64,000 nt of DNA, taken from NCBI GenBank assembly GCA_037189525.1, contig JBBCJC010000005.1, forward strand, positions 736,001 to 800,000, read 5' to 3'. Made by a program: the position numbers and the translations under genes. Source of the stretch: Gemmatimonadales bacterium (lineage in GTDB: Bacteria > Gemmatimonadota > Gemmatimonadetes > Gemmatimonadales > GWC2-71-9). The notes under the pieces were generated by a model. That model ran no database searches. It had not been told where the DNA came from and saw only the letters and a list, made by a program, of their open reading frames with translations. Positions 47,141 through 56,278 of the stretch are shown in pieces; positions within the stretch are counted from its first letter, which is position 1; every line of letters begins with the position of its first letter.

Positions 47141-49770
47141 TGGACCCGGCGCGTTGGGAACGTGTCCAGGCGCTCTTTCACGCCGTGGCCGACCTGCCTC
47201 CCGACCAGCGGACCGAAGTTCTCGAAACGGAAGCCGCGGGTGACCAAACCCTGATCCACGAGGTTCGCGCGCTCCTCGAAGTCGACCGGGATCAGCACGC
47301 GCTCCTCGGACAGGACCTGGCCTCGGTGGCCTCCTCGGTGTTGAACGATGCCGATCCGCGTCGGCTCTTCGACCAGCCTTTCGGGCCGTACCGGCTGGTC
47401 CGCCTGCTCGGCGAAGGCGGGATGGGCGTCGTCTACCTCGGCACTCGTGCCGACCTGGCGAGCGTTGCCGCGATCAAGATCCTTCGCGATACGCTCTCCC
47501 CATCCCGACGCCACCGGTTTGCCGTTGAACAGCGGACACTGGCGCAGTTGAGTCATCCGGCCATCGCGCAGCTCTTCGACGCAGGGACGTTGCCTGACGG
47601 CACCCCCTGGTTTGCGATGGAATTTGTCGAGGGGTTGCCCGTCACCGACTACTGCACCCAGCGCGGATCGTCCCTCGCCGAACGGCTGTCGATCTTCCGC
47701 GCGGCCGCGCTGGCAGTTCAGCATGCCCACCAGCACGCAGTCATTCATCGGGACATCAAGCCGTCCAACGTGCTGGTCCGCACCGACGGGGCAGTCAAGC
47801 TGCTCGACTTCGGCATTGCCAAGCATTTCGCCGATATCGACGCCGACCAGGCCGAGCAGACCCGCACCGGCCTCCGCCTCCTGACCCCGGCCTATGCCGC
47901 GCCGGAGCAGTTCACCGGCGGCCCGCTGGGCACTCCGACCGATGTCTATGCTCTCGGCGCCGTCCTGTTCGAGCTGCTCACGGGCCGCCGCGCCTCCGAT
48001 CACTCCAGGGATGCTGCAGACGGAGCCAACGCCAGCCGCGCAGCCACGGCGCCACGACCGTCAGCAGTGCCCGGAGCTCCGGTGTCGGCGTCACGCAGCG
48101 AGTGGGCCGACCTCGATGTGATCTGCCGGGCGGCCATGCACGCCGACCCCGCCCGGCGCTATCAGACCGTCGATGCGCTGGTGCGCGACTTGGATCGATA
48201 CCTCGCCGGCACGCCGCTCGAAGCCCGCGCCGATTCCCTGGGATATCGGATCGGAAAGTTCGTGCGACGGAACACGCGGGCCGTGGCCGCCGCGGGCATC
48301 GTCGCCGCGGCGGCGGTCGTGATGGCCGTGTTCTACACCGTGCGGCTCGCCGATGCGCGCGACCTGGCTGTGGCGCAGGTCGAGCGAACCGAACGGATTC
48401 AGCGCTTCATGCTGAATCTCTTTGCCGGCGGAGAAGGAGCGGTCGGGCCGGCCGATAGCCTTCGCGTCGTCACCCTGGTCGAACGCGGCATCCAGGAAGC
48501 GCGGAGCCTGCGCGCCGAGCCGGAGGTGCAGGCCGAGCTCTATCTCACCCTGGGCAGCATCGCCCAAAAGCTGGGCAGGATTGCCCAGGCCGACACCCTG
48601 ATTCGCGCCGGGCTCGACCTCCGCCGCGAGCGATTCGGACCGCTCCATGCCGATGTCGCCAAAGCAACGGTTGGATTGGGCTTACTGCGGCTCGACCAGG
48701 CGCAACTGGATGCGGCCGACAGCCTGACCCGTCAGGGCATGACCGTCAGCGAAGCGCTGCTCCCCGCCAACCATCCCGACGTGCTTGCCGCGCGAACCGC
48801 GGTCGGCCAGGTGCTCTCGGCGCGCGGCGATTATCCCGGAGCGATTGCCCTGCTGTCAGAGACTCGGGATCGCTATCTGGCTGACGCGACGACGCCGGAG
48901 TTTGCCAGCACCCTGTCCGTCCTGGCGAGCGCCCACTTCTACGCCGGCAACTATCACACCTCGGACTCGCTCAACCGCCGGGTCCTGGCCATGACGCAGC
49001 AGCTCTACGGACCAAGCCATCCGCTGGTGGCCGAGGATCTCGCCAACCTCGGGGCAATCCAGCAGGACCTGGGGCACTATCCCGAAGCCGAACGGTATCA
49101 TCGGCAGGCGCTGGCGATCGTGGAGCCATGGTATGGATCCGATCATCATCGCACCGCGCTGGCGCTGACGCTGGTCGGCCGATCGCTGGTCTTTCAGCAG
49201 CGACGCGGTGAGGCAGTGCCTCTCCTGGAGCGCGCGCTCGCCATCCGCGAACGGGTTTTCGGACCGGATCATCCCTCGGTCGCCTCGACCTTGAGCGACC
49301 TGGGATCGATCGCCATGGCCGAGGGTCGTCTGGACGAAGCGGAAGGTCGTTTTACCCGCATGGTGTCCATCTATCGCACAGTGCACGGTCCGAACCACTA
49401 CCTGGTCGCCACGGCCCTGTCCAACCTGGCCAGCGTGGCCGTGGAGCGCCAGGACTACCTGCGCGCCGAGCGTCTCTACCGCGAGGCAATCGAGGGTTAC
49501 CGCCAGAGCCTTGGCCCCGACAACTTGAATACCGGCATTGCCCGGATCAAGTTGGGACGGGCCCTGCTGCGCCAACGCCGTCATGGCGATGCCGCAACCG
49601 AGAGTCTGGCCGGCTACGAGATTCTGACGAAACAAGCCGATCCGGCCGTCAGTTTTCTCCGAGCAGCCCGTACCGACCTGGCAGCTGCGTACACCGCGCT
49701 CGGCAACACGGCCGCGGCGGACCGCTTCCGCGCCGAGTTGGCTGAAACGTCCATTCCTCCCAAGCCATAA
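47137..49770 (+). CDS. Hanks-type Ser/Thr protein kinase with TM helix and TPR repeats
   Basis: GEGGMG.VY, HRDIKPSN, DFG, YAAPEQ, DVYALG; TM segment; TPR repeats (G.DHP); ATGA overlap with sigma gene. Confidence 0.95.
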   Translation: MMDPARWERVQALFHAVADLPPDQRTEVLETEAAGDQTLIHEVRALLEVDRDQHALLGQDLASVASSVLNDADPRRLFDQPFGPYRLVRLLGEGGMGVVYLGTRADLASVAAIKILRDTLSPSRRHRFAVEQRTLAQLSHPAIAQLFDAGTLPDGTPWFAMEFVEGLPVTDYCTQRGSSLAERLSIFRAAALAVQHAHQHAVIHRDIKPSNVLVRTDGAVKLLDFGIAKHFADIDADQAEQTRTGLRLLTPAYAAPEQFTGGPLGTPTDVYALGAVLFELLTGRRASDHSRDAADGANASRAATAPRPSAVPGAPVSASRSEWADLDVICRAAMHADPARRYQTVDALVRDLDRYLAGTPLEARADSLGYRIGKFVRRNTRAVAAAGIVAAAAVVMAVFYTVRLADARDLAVAQVERTERIQRFMLNLFAGGEGAVGPADSLRVVTLVERGIQEARSLRAEPEVQAELYLTLGSIAQKLGRIAQADTLIRAGLDLRRERFGPLHADVAKATVGLGLLRLDQAQLDAADSLTRQGMTVSEALLPANHPDVLAARTAVGQVLSARGDYPGAIALLSETRDRYLADATTPEFASTLSVLASAHFYAGNYHTSDSLNRRVLAMTQQLYGPSHPLVAEDLANLGAIQQDLGHYPEAERYHRQALAIVEPWYGSDHHRTALALTLVGRSLVFQQRRGEAVPLLERALAIRERVFGPDHPSVASTLSDLGSIAMAEGRLDEAEGRFTRMVSIYRTVHGPNHYLVATALSNLASVAVERQDYLRAERLYREAIEGYRQSLGPDNLNTGIARIKLGRALLRQRRHGDAATESLAGYEILTKQADPAVSFLRAARTDLAAAYTALGNTAAADRFRAELAETSIPPKP

Positions 49771-49773
49771 GCC

Positions 49774-51462
49774 GTGCAAAGCTTCATTCCCAAAATCCTG
49801 ACGACCCTCCAAGGCTACACCCGAACCCAATTCGCGGCGGACCTGACCGCTGGCGTCATCGTCGGTGTCGTGGCCCTGCCTCTCTGTATCGCCTTTGCCA
49901 TCGCGAGCGGTGTCACCCCGGAGCGAGGGCTGTACACGGGTATCGTCGCTGGCCTCCTGATCTCGCTGCTCGGCGGGTCGCGGGTGCAGATCGGTGGTCC
50001 CACCGGCGCCTTCGTGGTGATCGTGGCCGGCATCGTCGCCAAGTATGGGGTGGACGGACTGATCGTCGCGACGTTGCTGGCCGGCTTCGTCCTGGTGGCG
50101 GCGGGCCTGCTCAAACTGGGCGTCATCATCAAGTACATCCCGTTCCCCGTAATCACGGGATTCACCTCCGGTATTGCGCTCATCATCTTTTCCCAGCAGG
50201 TCAAAGATCTGCTGGGTCTCTCGATCGAGACCGTTCCCACCGAATTTTTCGGGAAATGGGCCAGCTACGTAGCCCACGCGGGCAGCCTGGACCTGATCAC
50301 CACGGCCCTGGGCATCGGCACGCTTGCCGTACTGGTCTTCTGGCCGCGGGTGTCGACTAAGATACCGGCGCCGTTCGTCGCGCTGGTTGCCGGCACCGTG
50401 GTCGTCGCACTGTTCGACCTCCCGGTCGAGACCATCGGCTCGCGCTTCGGCGTCATCGATGCCCGGCTACCGAGCCCCCACTGGCCCGCAGTCACGGAAC
50501 GTATGCTGATCGACCTGGCCGGGCCGGCGCTGACCCTCGCCGTACTCGGGGCGATCGAATCGCTGCTCTCGGCGGTGGTGGCGGACGGAATGATCGGCAG
50601 CCGGCACCGCAGTAACATGGAGCTGGTGGCGCAGGGCGTGGCGAACATCGCCTCCCCGCTCTTCGGCGGCATGCCGGCCACCGGCGCGATTGCCCGGACG
50701 GCAACCAACGTCCGCAACGGCGGCCGGACCCCGATCGCCGGCGTCGTCCATGCGTTCACGCTCCTCATCATCACCCTCTTTGCCGGCCGCTATGCCGCCA
50801 TGATTCCGATGGCCACGCTCGCGGCGATCCTCGTCATGGTGGCATACCACATGAGCGAGTGGCGCACCTTCCGCTCCGAGATCCTCGGCGCACCGCGGAC
50901 CGATGTCGCCATCATGCTGACCACGTTCGGCCTGACCGTCCTGGTCGACCTCTCCGTAGCAATCGCGGTCGGGATGGTCCTTGCCGCGTTTCTCTTCATG
51001 AAGCGGATGTCCGAGATCGCCACCGTCGAGCCGCTGGGAGTGGAGCAGGAGGGCGTACCGGACGATGTTCGGGAGCAAGCCAAGCAGGCGCAGCGGAGGC
51101 GGGTGCCCCGCGACGTGAAGGTCTACGACATCGACGGGCCGTTCTTCTTCGGCGCCGCGGAATCGTTCAAAGACGCGCTGCGTCAGGTCAACTGGAGACC
51201 CCGCGCCCTGATTCTCGATATGGACGACGTCCCGGTCATCGACTCGACCGGGCTCCGGGCGCTCGGCGAAGTGGTTCGCCAGTGCCGGAAGGAAGGGATT
51301 CAGGTCCTGCTCTGCAACCTCGACCCTCGTGTGCGCGAAACGGTGGCAGCCTCACACCTGTCACAACTCTTCGCACCGAGCGAACTATCGTTGAACTTCG
51401 ATGAAGCTTTGATGGCACTCGGCGCCACCGGCGAGCACCGGTCTCCTTCGGAGTCGGACTGA
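49774..51462 (+). CDS. sulP: SulP/SLC26 anion permease with STAS domain
   Basis: DLTAG..VALPL..AFAIASG, QIGGPTGAF, ESLLSA, ATGAIART, GPFFFGAA, DSTGL. Confidence 0.93.
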   Translation: MQSFIPKILTTLQGYTRTQFAADLTAGVIVGVVALPLCIAFAIASGVTPERGLYTGIVAGLLISLLGGSRVQIGGPTGAFVVIVAGIVAKYGVDGLIVATLLAGFVLVAAGLLKLGVIIKYIPFPVITGFTSGIALIIFSQQVKDLLGLSIETVPTEFFGKWASYVAHAGSLDLITTALGIGTLAVLVFWPRVSTKIPAPFVALVAGTVVVALFDLPVETIGSRFGVIDARLPSPHWPAVTERMLIDLAGPALTLAVLGAIESLLSAVVADGMIGSRHRSNMELVAQGVANIASPLFGGMPATGAIARTATNVRNGGRTPIAGVVHAFTLLIITLFAGRYAAMIPMATLAAILVMVAYHMSEWRTFRSEILGAPRTDVAIMLTTFGLTVLVDLSVAIAVGMVLAAFLFMKRMSEIATVEPLGVEQEGVPDDVREQAKQAQRRRVPRDVKVYDIDGPFFFGAAESFKDALRQVNWRPRALILDMDDVPVIDSTGLRALGEVVRQCRKEGIQVLLCNLDPRVRETVAASHLSQLFAPSELSLNFDEALMALGATGEHRSPSESD

Positions 51463-51497
51463 CCGGATCGTTGCGAGGGTTGGGATTCCCTCGACGA

Positions 51498-51737
51498 TCA
51501 GGCCTCGCTTCCCTCTTCTTCGCTGCGTAGCCGGTACTGGAGCGCGCCGGACGGACAGGTGCGAATCATTGCCGCTACCTCGGCAGGGGGAGCTGCTTCC
51601 GGGGCGACCCAACGTTTACGGCGAACATCGAAAACGGCGGGAAGGGTGCGAACGCAGACTCCGGAATGGATGCAGACGTTGGGGTCGAAGGTGACCGTGA
51701 TCTCGTCCGTCTCATAGCTCTGCACCCGCTTGGTCAT
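51498..51737 (-). CDS. Divergent 4Fe-4S mono-cluster protein (YjdI-like)
   Basis: CIHSGVCV..LP.VF..W..P and CPSGAL. Confidence 0.88.
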   Translation of the reverse strand: MTKRVQSYETDEITVTFDPNVCIHSGVCVRTLPAVFDVRRKRWVAPEAAPPAEVAAMIRTCPSGALQYRLRSEEEGSEA

Positions 51738-51852
51738 ATGATCCCCCGATGGCCGACCCGTCATCCGTTACCGAACCTGCTTCAGTAGGAAGGTAAGCCC
51801 CCCACCAACCAGGGGTAGTCTGCCGACACTGGGGCCTGTCCGCCGTCCGGGC

Positions 51853-52407
51853 TCAGGGAAGGCCGTCGCGACAGCCGGGCGCTGTCGCGTTTCGCTCCGT
51901 CAGGCTCTGGGGACGGCGGAGGGGGACCGAAATCCGCTCGACCCAGTGGTATTGCCGGGTCCCGACCCGCATCGCCGAGAGCATCCAGTAGGTGCCGCGC
52001 GGGATGCCGTCGAAGGCGAACTCGCCGGCTTCGGAAGACGTGACACGCCAGGCGGCATGCCGCTGGAGGAGCGTCAGCCGTTCCTCGGTCAGTCGCTCGT
52101 CCCGCTCCGCAGCACCGTGGCCGACGGTATCGCCCCCGTTGCCCTTGCCGGGCCGCTCGTCCCGGGCCGCCTCTCGGGCCTTCTCCTCCCGGGCCTGGCG
52201 CTGACAAAGCGCCCTCCACTCGTTTCGAATGGCGCCGGACACGGGGACCAGGTACACGATCCTGCCCGGCCCGGTCACGACGGTGCCGGCACTGTCGACG
52301 GCGGAAATCGTTCCAATCACGGGCGACTGTGCCGCGACCCCCGCCGACCCTGCCATCGGTAGCGCGAAGCACAGCCCTGCCACTATCCCGACCAAACCTG
52401 TGCGCAT
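51853..52407 (-). CDS. Hypothetical secreted protein
   Basis: Signal peptide; GEFAFDGIPRGTY pattern resembling carboxypeptidase-regulatory-like beta-sandwich. Confidence 0.55.
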   Translation of the reverse strand: MRTGLVGIVAGLCFALPMAGSAGVAAQSPVIGTISAVDSAGTVVTGPGRIVYLVPVSGAIRNEWRALCQRQAREEKAREAARDERPGKGNGGDTVGHGAAERDERLTEERLTLLQRHAAWRVTSSEAGEFAFDGIPRGTYWMLSAMRVGTRQYHWVERISVPLRRPQSLTERNATAPGCRDGLP

Positions 52408-53069
52408 TCTGCTCCCGGTGCGGTTTCCGATCACTGACAGCCCCGAACGGTAAGCCCCCTGACTCAAGCTCGTCCACTCCTGTGGGCGAAGATCGTGCCA
52501 TGGGCTGATTGTCGAGCAGGTACCGGATGCCGACCAGACCAGACGACTGTCTGGTCCGCAAATTCGTCCTGGGCGAAATTATGGTCGGAATTTCGTCGGC
52601 ACCGACGACCTGCGGACCTCGCCCAGCCGGAGCGACTCGTGATTGAGACCTGGCGGCGCACCAGGCGGGCCGCCCAGCGTCGGTCGCTCGGTCGACTCCC
52701 CAAAACCGCGCACCTCGGCATCAGCAGAGCCATCGCCGCCAATGCCGCGACCGACATTCCCCCGACGTGTCTCGCCCTGAAATCAGCCGATCGATCGCAT
52801 TGGTAGGTTTGCCCGGAAACGCGGTCCGTCACGACGCTCGAAATCGCCCACGGTACGATGTCCCGAAAGGCGCCACAGCACAGTACGACACCTCAAAGTC
52901 GCTTGCTACGCATATGTGCCCGATCCGGCTCGCGTCGGCGTCACCCCTCATGCAGCCGATCGCAAAGGCAACCGACATCGATCGTTGCCCAGCTTGCAGC
53001 ACACGAGACACCACTGTTACAGAGACGCCAGGAGAAAGCGAAACCCATTAATCGGAGGGAGAAAAACTC

Positions 53070-53393
53070 ATGCAACACGAACGCAGCCACGACCGTGACC
53101 GTTGGCCCGATCTGAAGAATCGGATTCTCAAGCGGTGGTCAAATCTGGCGGAAGCGGAACTCGACGCGACCGATGGAGACTGGGAGCGAATTCGCACCTT
53201 GATCCGCGCCGAGTACGGCATCAGCAACGAGGAAGCGGAGCGCGAAATCGACGCGCTGCTGACGGGCAAGGCGGCCTACACTGCGGCACCCACGTCGACC
53301 CGATCTCCCGCCGACCGAAAGCAGCGGGCACCTCGGCCTGATGATGAAGCGGTCCGCCGCCGGATGGGCGGTCCCCTGCATCGGACCAACTGA
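53070..53393 (+). CDS. CsbD-like general stress protein with C-terminal extension
   Basis: RW.DLK..I..RW..L....L....G.......I...YG....EAEREID; GGAGG RBS. Confidence 0.75.
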   Translation: MQHERSHDRDRWPDLKNRILKRWSNLAEAELDATDGDWERIRTLIRAEYGISNEEAEREIDALLTGKAAYTAAPTSTRSPADRKQRAPRPDDEAVRRRMGGPLHRTN

Positions 53394-53410
53394 CTTGGCG
53401 CGGCCCGCCG

Positions 53411-53557
53411 CCCAGAGCGGCAGCGCCCTGCGGATCAGGTGTGTCGAGCGCGGTCGAAGCGGAACAGCTGCTCGTCCCGATGCAACCGCCCGCCGATCTG
53501 CGCACCAATCAACTCGGCGGCAATGGCACTGAAGACGATGCCATTGTCGCCGTATCC
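53411..53557. repeat. Direct repeat copy 1 (147 bp, 14 mismatches versus 54975-55121)
   Basis: Manual ungapped alignment with the 3' end and downstream 24 nt of the FAD oxidoreductase gene. Confidence 0.95.
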
Positions 53558-53570
53558 CCAGGGCGCGTAG
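53435..53570 (-). pseudogene. Orphan 3' fragment of FAD-dependent oxidoreductase
   Basis: Translates YAPWGYGDNGIVFSAIAAELIGAQIGGRLHRDEQLFRFDRARHT* versus YAALGYGGNGIVFSAIAAELIGAQIGGQSHRDEQLFHFDRARRT* in the intact gene; no upstream homology. Confidence 0.85.
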
Positions 53571-53728
53571 GCCCGGCCAAGATGCATTATCGGTCACATG
53601 AGGTTTTTCCCTTGTCCAAATCCTTCCTGAAAACACATTTTGGGACATGATGGCGAGGCGGCGCCCTCGTGCACCAGAATCACGCGCGCTGGGCACGGAG
53701 TCCGGATGGCAGCATGAAGGGAGCGAAT

Positions 53729-54898
53729 ATGGTTCGGTTCGTCCTGCGACAACTGATCGGCAGCCGGGCAGGACCGGTCGTGCTGGGTGCGGTCCTGGCG
53801 CTGCCAGCCAACCGGCTGTCGGCACAGGACTATATGGGTATGGCCGAGCTCTACGGCCAGGGCGTCGTCAATTCGCTCGGCAATCAGATCCGCTCGGCGG
53901 GCATTCGTTCGTCGATGGGCCGAAGCGGGACCGGAACGGGGGGCGCCGCGGCGGCCCGCTGGCCCGCGCACATTACCGCAAGCAGCATCGGCTCGCACGT
54001 ATTCACGGTCGATGAATTGCAGGCGATGAACAGCGCGGACGCCGCGCGGACGGGGCAATTGCTCAACGGCCGTACGATCAACATCACGGGAACGGTGGTG
54101 CACCCGCCCCGCACCGACCAGGCGATCCATCTGGTCAGCGGCGACGGACAAGGCTTTCACGTTTTCGTCTTCTTCCCCGGCGGGCGAGGCATGCCGCAGG
54201 CCGGCACCCGCATTACCCTCGAGGCAACCGTCGAACGCGTCCGCCGGACCATGGTGAGCGTCCGGAACCCGCAGGTCACCGGTCGAGGAACGCCGCCGAC
54301 GGGTGCGACGGGCTCGACGGCACAAACCTCCGGCGCGGCTACCGGCAGCGCCAGCCCGAACTACCACGCGTTGACATTCCGCAGCACCACCGCCGTCACC
54401 AACGAGCTGGCCGATCGATTTGCCGAGACCCTGGCGCCCGCGTTGAGGAAGGGACGGAGTCGCCAGGACATCGCCACCCTGGTGCGCAGCGGGCAGTTAC
54501 AGAACGGCTTTCGCACGCTCCTCCGGCCCTACGGCTTCTCCGATCGCGACGTGGCGGACGTCCTGGCCAGCCACATGGTCATGATCTGGCAGGTTGCCAA
54601 CGACCACCACGCCCAACCGCCGCGATCCCACGTCATCGCGGTTCGCAGCCGGACCCGCGAGGCGCTGGCCCGTTCGGGGTGGGTCCAGGCGATGGATGAC
54701 GCCGACAAGCAGCGGTTTGCCGAGACGCTTTCGGTTGGCACCATGATGATCGTCGGTCGCTACGTGAACGGGTACGACACCAACGATCGCGCGACGATCG
54801 ACCTGGCCGTTCGCGACGCGAAGGACATGGCCCGCTCGTTCGCCGACCTCGATATGACGCGCTACGCGCTGACGGATCAAGGTCTGACGCCACGCTGA
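53729..54898 (+). CDS. Secreted hypothetical protein (possible OB-fold plus DUF6683-like helical domain)
   Basis: GGGAG RBS, signal peptide, beta-rich middle, Thr/Gly linker, C-terminal GFSDRDVADVLASH..WQVAN pattern; family assignment from memory only. Confidence 0.7.
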   Translation: MVRFVLRQLIGSRAGPVVLGAVLALPANRLSAQDYMGMAELYGQGVVNSLGNQIRSAGIRSSMGRSGTGTGGAAAARWPAHITASSIGSHVFTVDELQAMNSADAARTGQLLNGRTINITGTVVHPPRTDQAIHLVSGDGQGFHVFVFFPGGRGMPQAGTRITLEATVERVRRTMVSVRNPQVTGRGTPPTGATGSTAQTSGAATGSASPNYHALTFRSTTAVTNELADRFAETLAPALRKGRSRQDIATLVRSGQLQNGFRTLLRPYGFSDRDVADVLASHMVMIWQVANDHHAQPPRSHVIAVRSRTREALARSGWVQAMDDADKQRFAETLSVGTMMIVGRYVNGYDTNDRATIDLAVRDAKDMARSFADLDMTRYALTDQGLTPR

Positions 54899-54974
54899 CG
54901 CGAGGGAAAGCCGGGAGGACACCGTGCAGCACCTCGCTGGCGGTGATGACGGAGAGACAGGTGAGATCGAGCTG

Positions 54975-55121
54975 CCCAGCGCGGTAGCGCCCTGCGGATC
55001 AGGTGCGTCGAGCGCGGTCGAAGTGAAACAGCTGCTCATCTCGATGCGACTGCCCGCCGATCTGCGCACCAATCAGCTCGGCGGCAATGGCACTGAAGAC
55101 GATGCCATTACCACCGTACCC
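54975..55121. repeat. Direct repeat copy 2 (3' end of intact oxidoreductase gene)
   Basis: Matches 53411-53557; copies start 1564 bp apart. Confidence 0.95.
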
Positions 55122-56225
55122 CAGAGCCGCATATCCGCGTGATTCCCCCGGAATCTGCCCGATGTACGGCAGCCCGTCCGGTGTGGCTGCAAAGGTGCCG
55201 GCCCATGCGAAGGCGCGCTCGAGCGGTTCAATGCCAAGCAAGCGTTCAATCCGCGTCTCGAGCGCCCGAATGCGCACCGGCAGCAGCGCGTCGCGTCCAT
55301 CCGCATTCCGAAACGGGACGTCCATCCCACCGACCAGCACGCGCCCGTCGGAGGTCGTCCGGGCATAGGTGTACGGGCGCGCGGTCTCCCAGAGCACGGC
55401 GCCCCGGCCGAGTGGCGGGGGCAACGGACCGGGCTGAGTGACGAAGGCATAAGTGCTGTGGAGGGCGACATCGCCGTTCGGCACCCCTGGGGGAAGCTCA
55501 TAGCCCGTCGCAAATACGACCGCCCGCGCCATACATTGCCCGCGCGTCGTCACGACCCGACATCGGGCACCCTCGTCCTGCCATTCGAGCAACGCCGTCC
55601 TCGGGCAAACGACGGCGCCCCCGGCGACCGCCCGATCCAGCAGACGCCGGGCCAGCGCCACCGGATCCACCTGCGCGGCATGCGGGGTCTCCAGTGCGGC
55701 CGCCGCGGGAACGTCGTAGCGATCGGCCAGATCGCGGCGGGTAAGGAACCGGACATCGAATCCGTGCTCCTGGCGCAGTTCGGCCTCACGCCGCAACCGT
55801 TTGACGTCCCGCCGGCGCGAGGCGAGATAGACGCTGGCGACTCGCTGAAACCCGCATCCGTCGCCCAGCGAAGCCGCCAGGGCCGCGAGTTCGTCTATGG
55901 CCTCGGCGCACCGCCGGTAGGCGCGTACTGCGGAGTCCAGACCGATCAGATCAGCCAGCGCAGCGAGTTCCACGTCCAGCTCATACTGCAGCAGCGCGGT
56001 ACTGACTGCCGTGCTCCCCTCGGCGGGCGCATGGCGCTCGAGGACTACCACCATGCGGCCGTCGCGGACCAGTGTGTCGGCGAGGAGCGACCCGGTTATC
56101 CCGGCACCGACGATCAGCACGTCGGCTCGCGGCGGCAGCGGCAGTTCCGGCGGCTCGACCAGGCCATTCAGCATCAGCCAGTACGGAGCACCGGACGCAA
56201 TCCGAACGTCTGCAGAAACTGTCAT
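54999..56225 (-). CDS. FAD-dependent oxidoreductase (DAO / glycine oxidase family)
   Basis: DVLIVGAGITG, GSTAVSTALLQYELD, ATGY, WAGTF..TPDGLPYIG, GYGGNG; GGAGG RBS. Confidence 0.9.
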   Translation of the reverse strand: MTVSADVRIASGAPYWLMLNGLVEPPELPLPPRADVLIVGAGITGSLLADTLVRDGRMVVVLERHAPAEGSTAVSTALLQYELDVELAALADLIGLDSAVRAYRRCAEAIDELAALAASLGDGCGFQRVASVYLASRRRDVKRLRREAELRQEHGFDVRFLTRRDLADRYDVPAAAALETPHAAQVDPVALARRLLDRAVAGGAVVCPRTALLEWQDEGARCRVVTTRGQCMARAVVFATGYELPPGVPNGDVALHSTYAFVTQPGPLPPPLGRGAVLWETARPYTYARTTSDGRVLVGGMDVPFRNADGRDALLPVRIRALETRIERLLGIEPLERAFAWAGTFAATPDGLPYIGQIPGESRGYAALGYGGNGIVFSAIAAELIGAQIGGQSHRDEQLFHFDRARRT

Positions 56226-56278
56226 CGACTGTCCTCCAATGCGACGGATCCCCCCAGTACCATTCGAAGCAGCCGGCA

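Noticed and set aside
52780..52830. c-di-GMP-I riboswitch (GGGCAAACC on minus strand)
   Set aside because: The downstream GAAA-tetraloop and GACGCAAAGC elements are absent
53435..53587. 50-aa ORF (MHLGRAYAPWGYGDNG...) as a real small protein
   Set aside because: It is the duplicated oxidoreductase tail with a fortuitous ATG and altered conserved motif (GGNG to GDNG)
53411..55121. Repeat pair as a diversity-generating retroelement TR/VR
   Set aside because: Mismatches are bidirectional transitions at all four bases, not adenine-specific, and no reverse transcriptase is in the window
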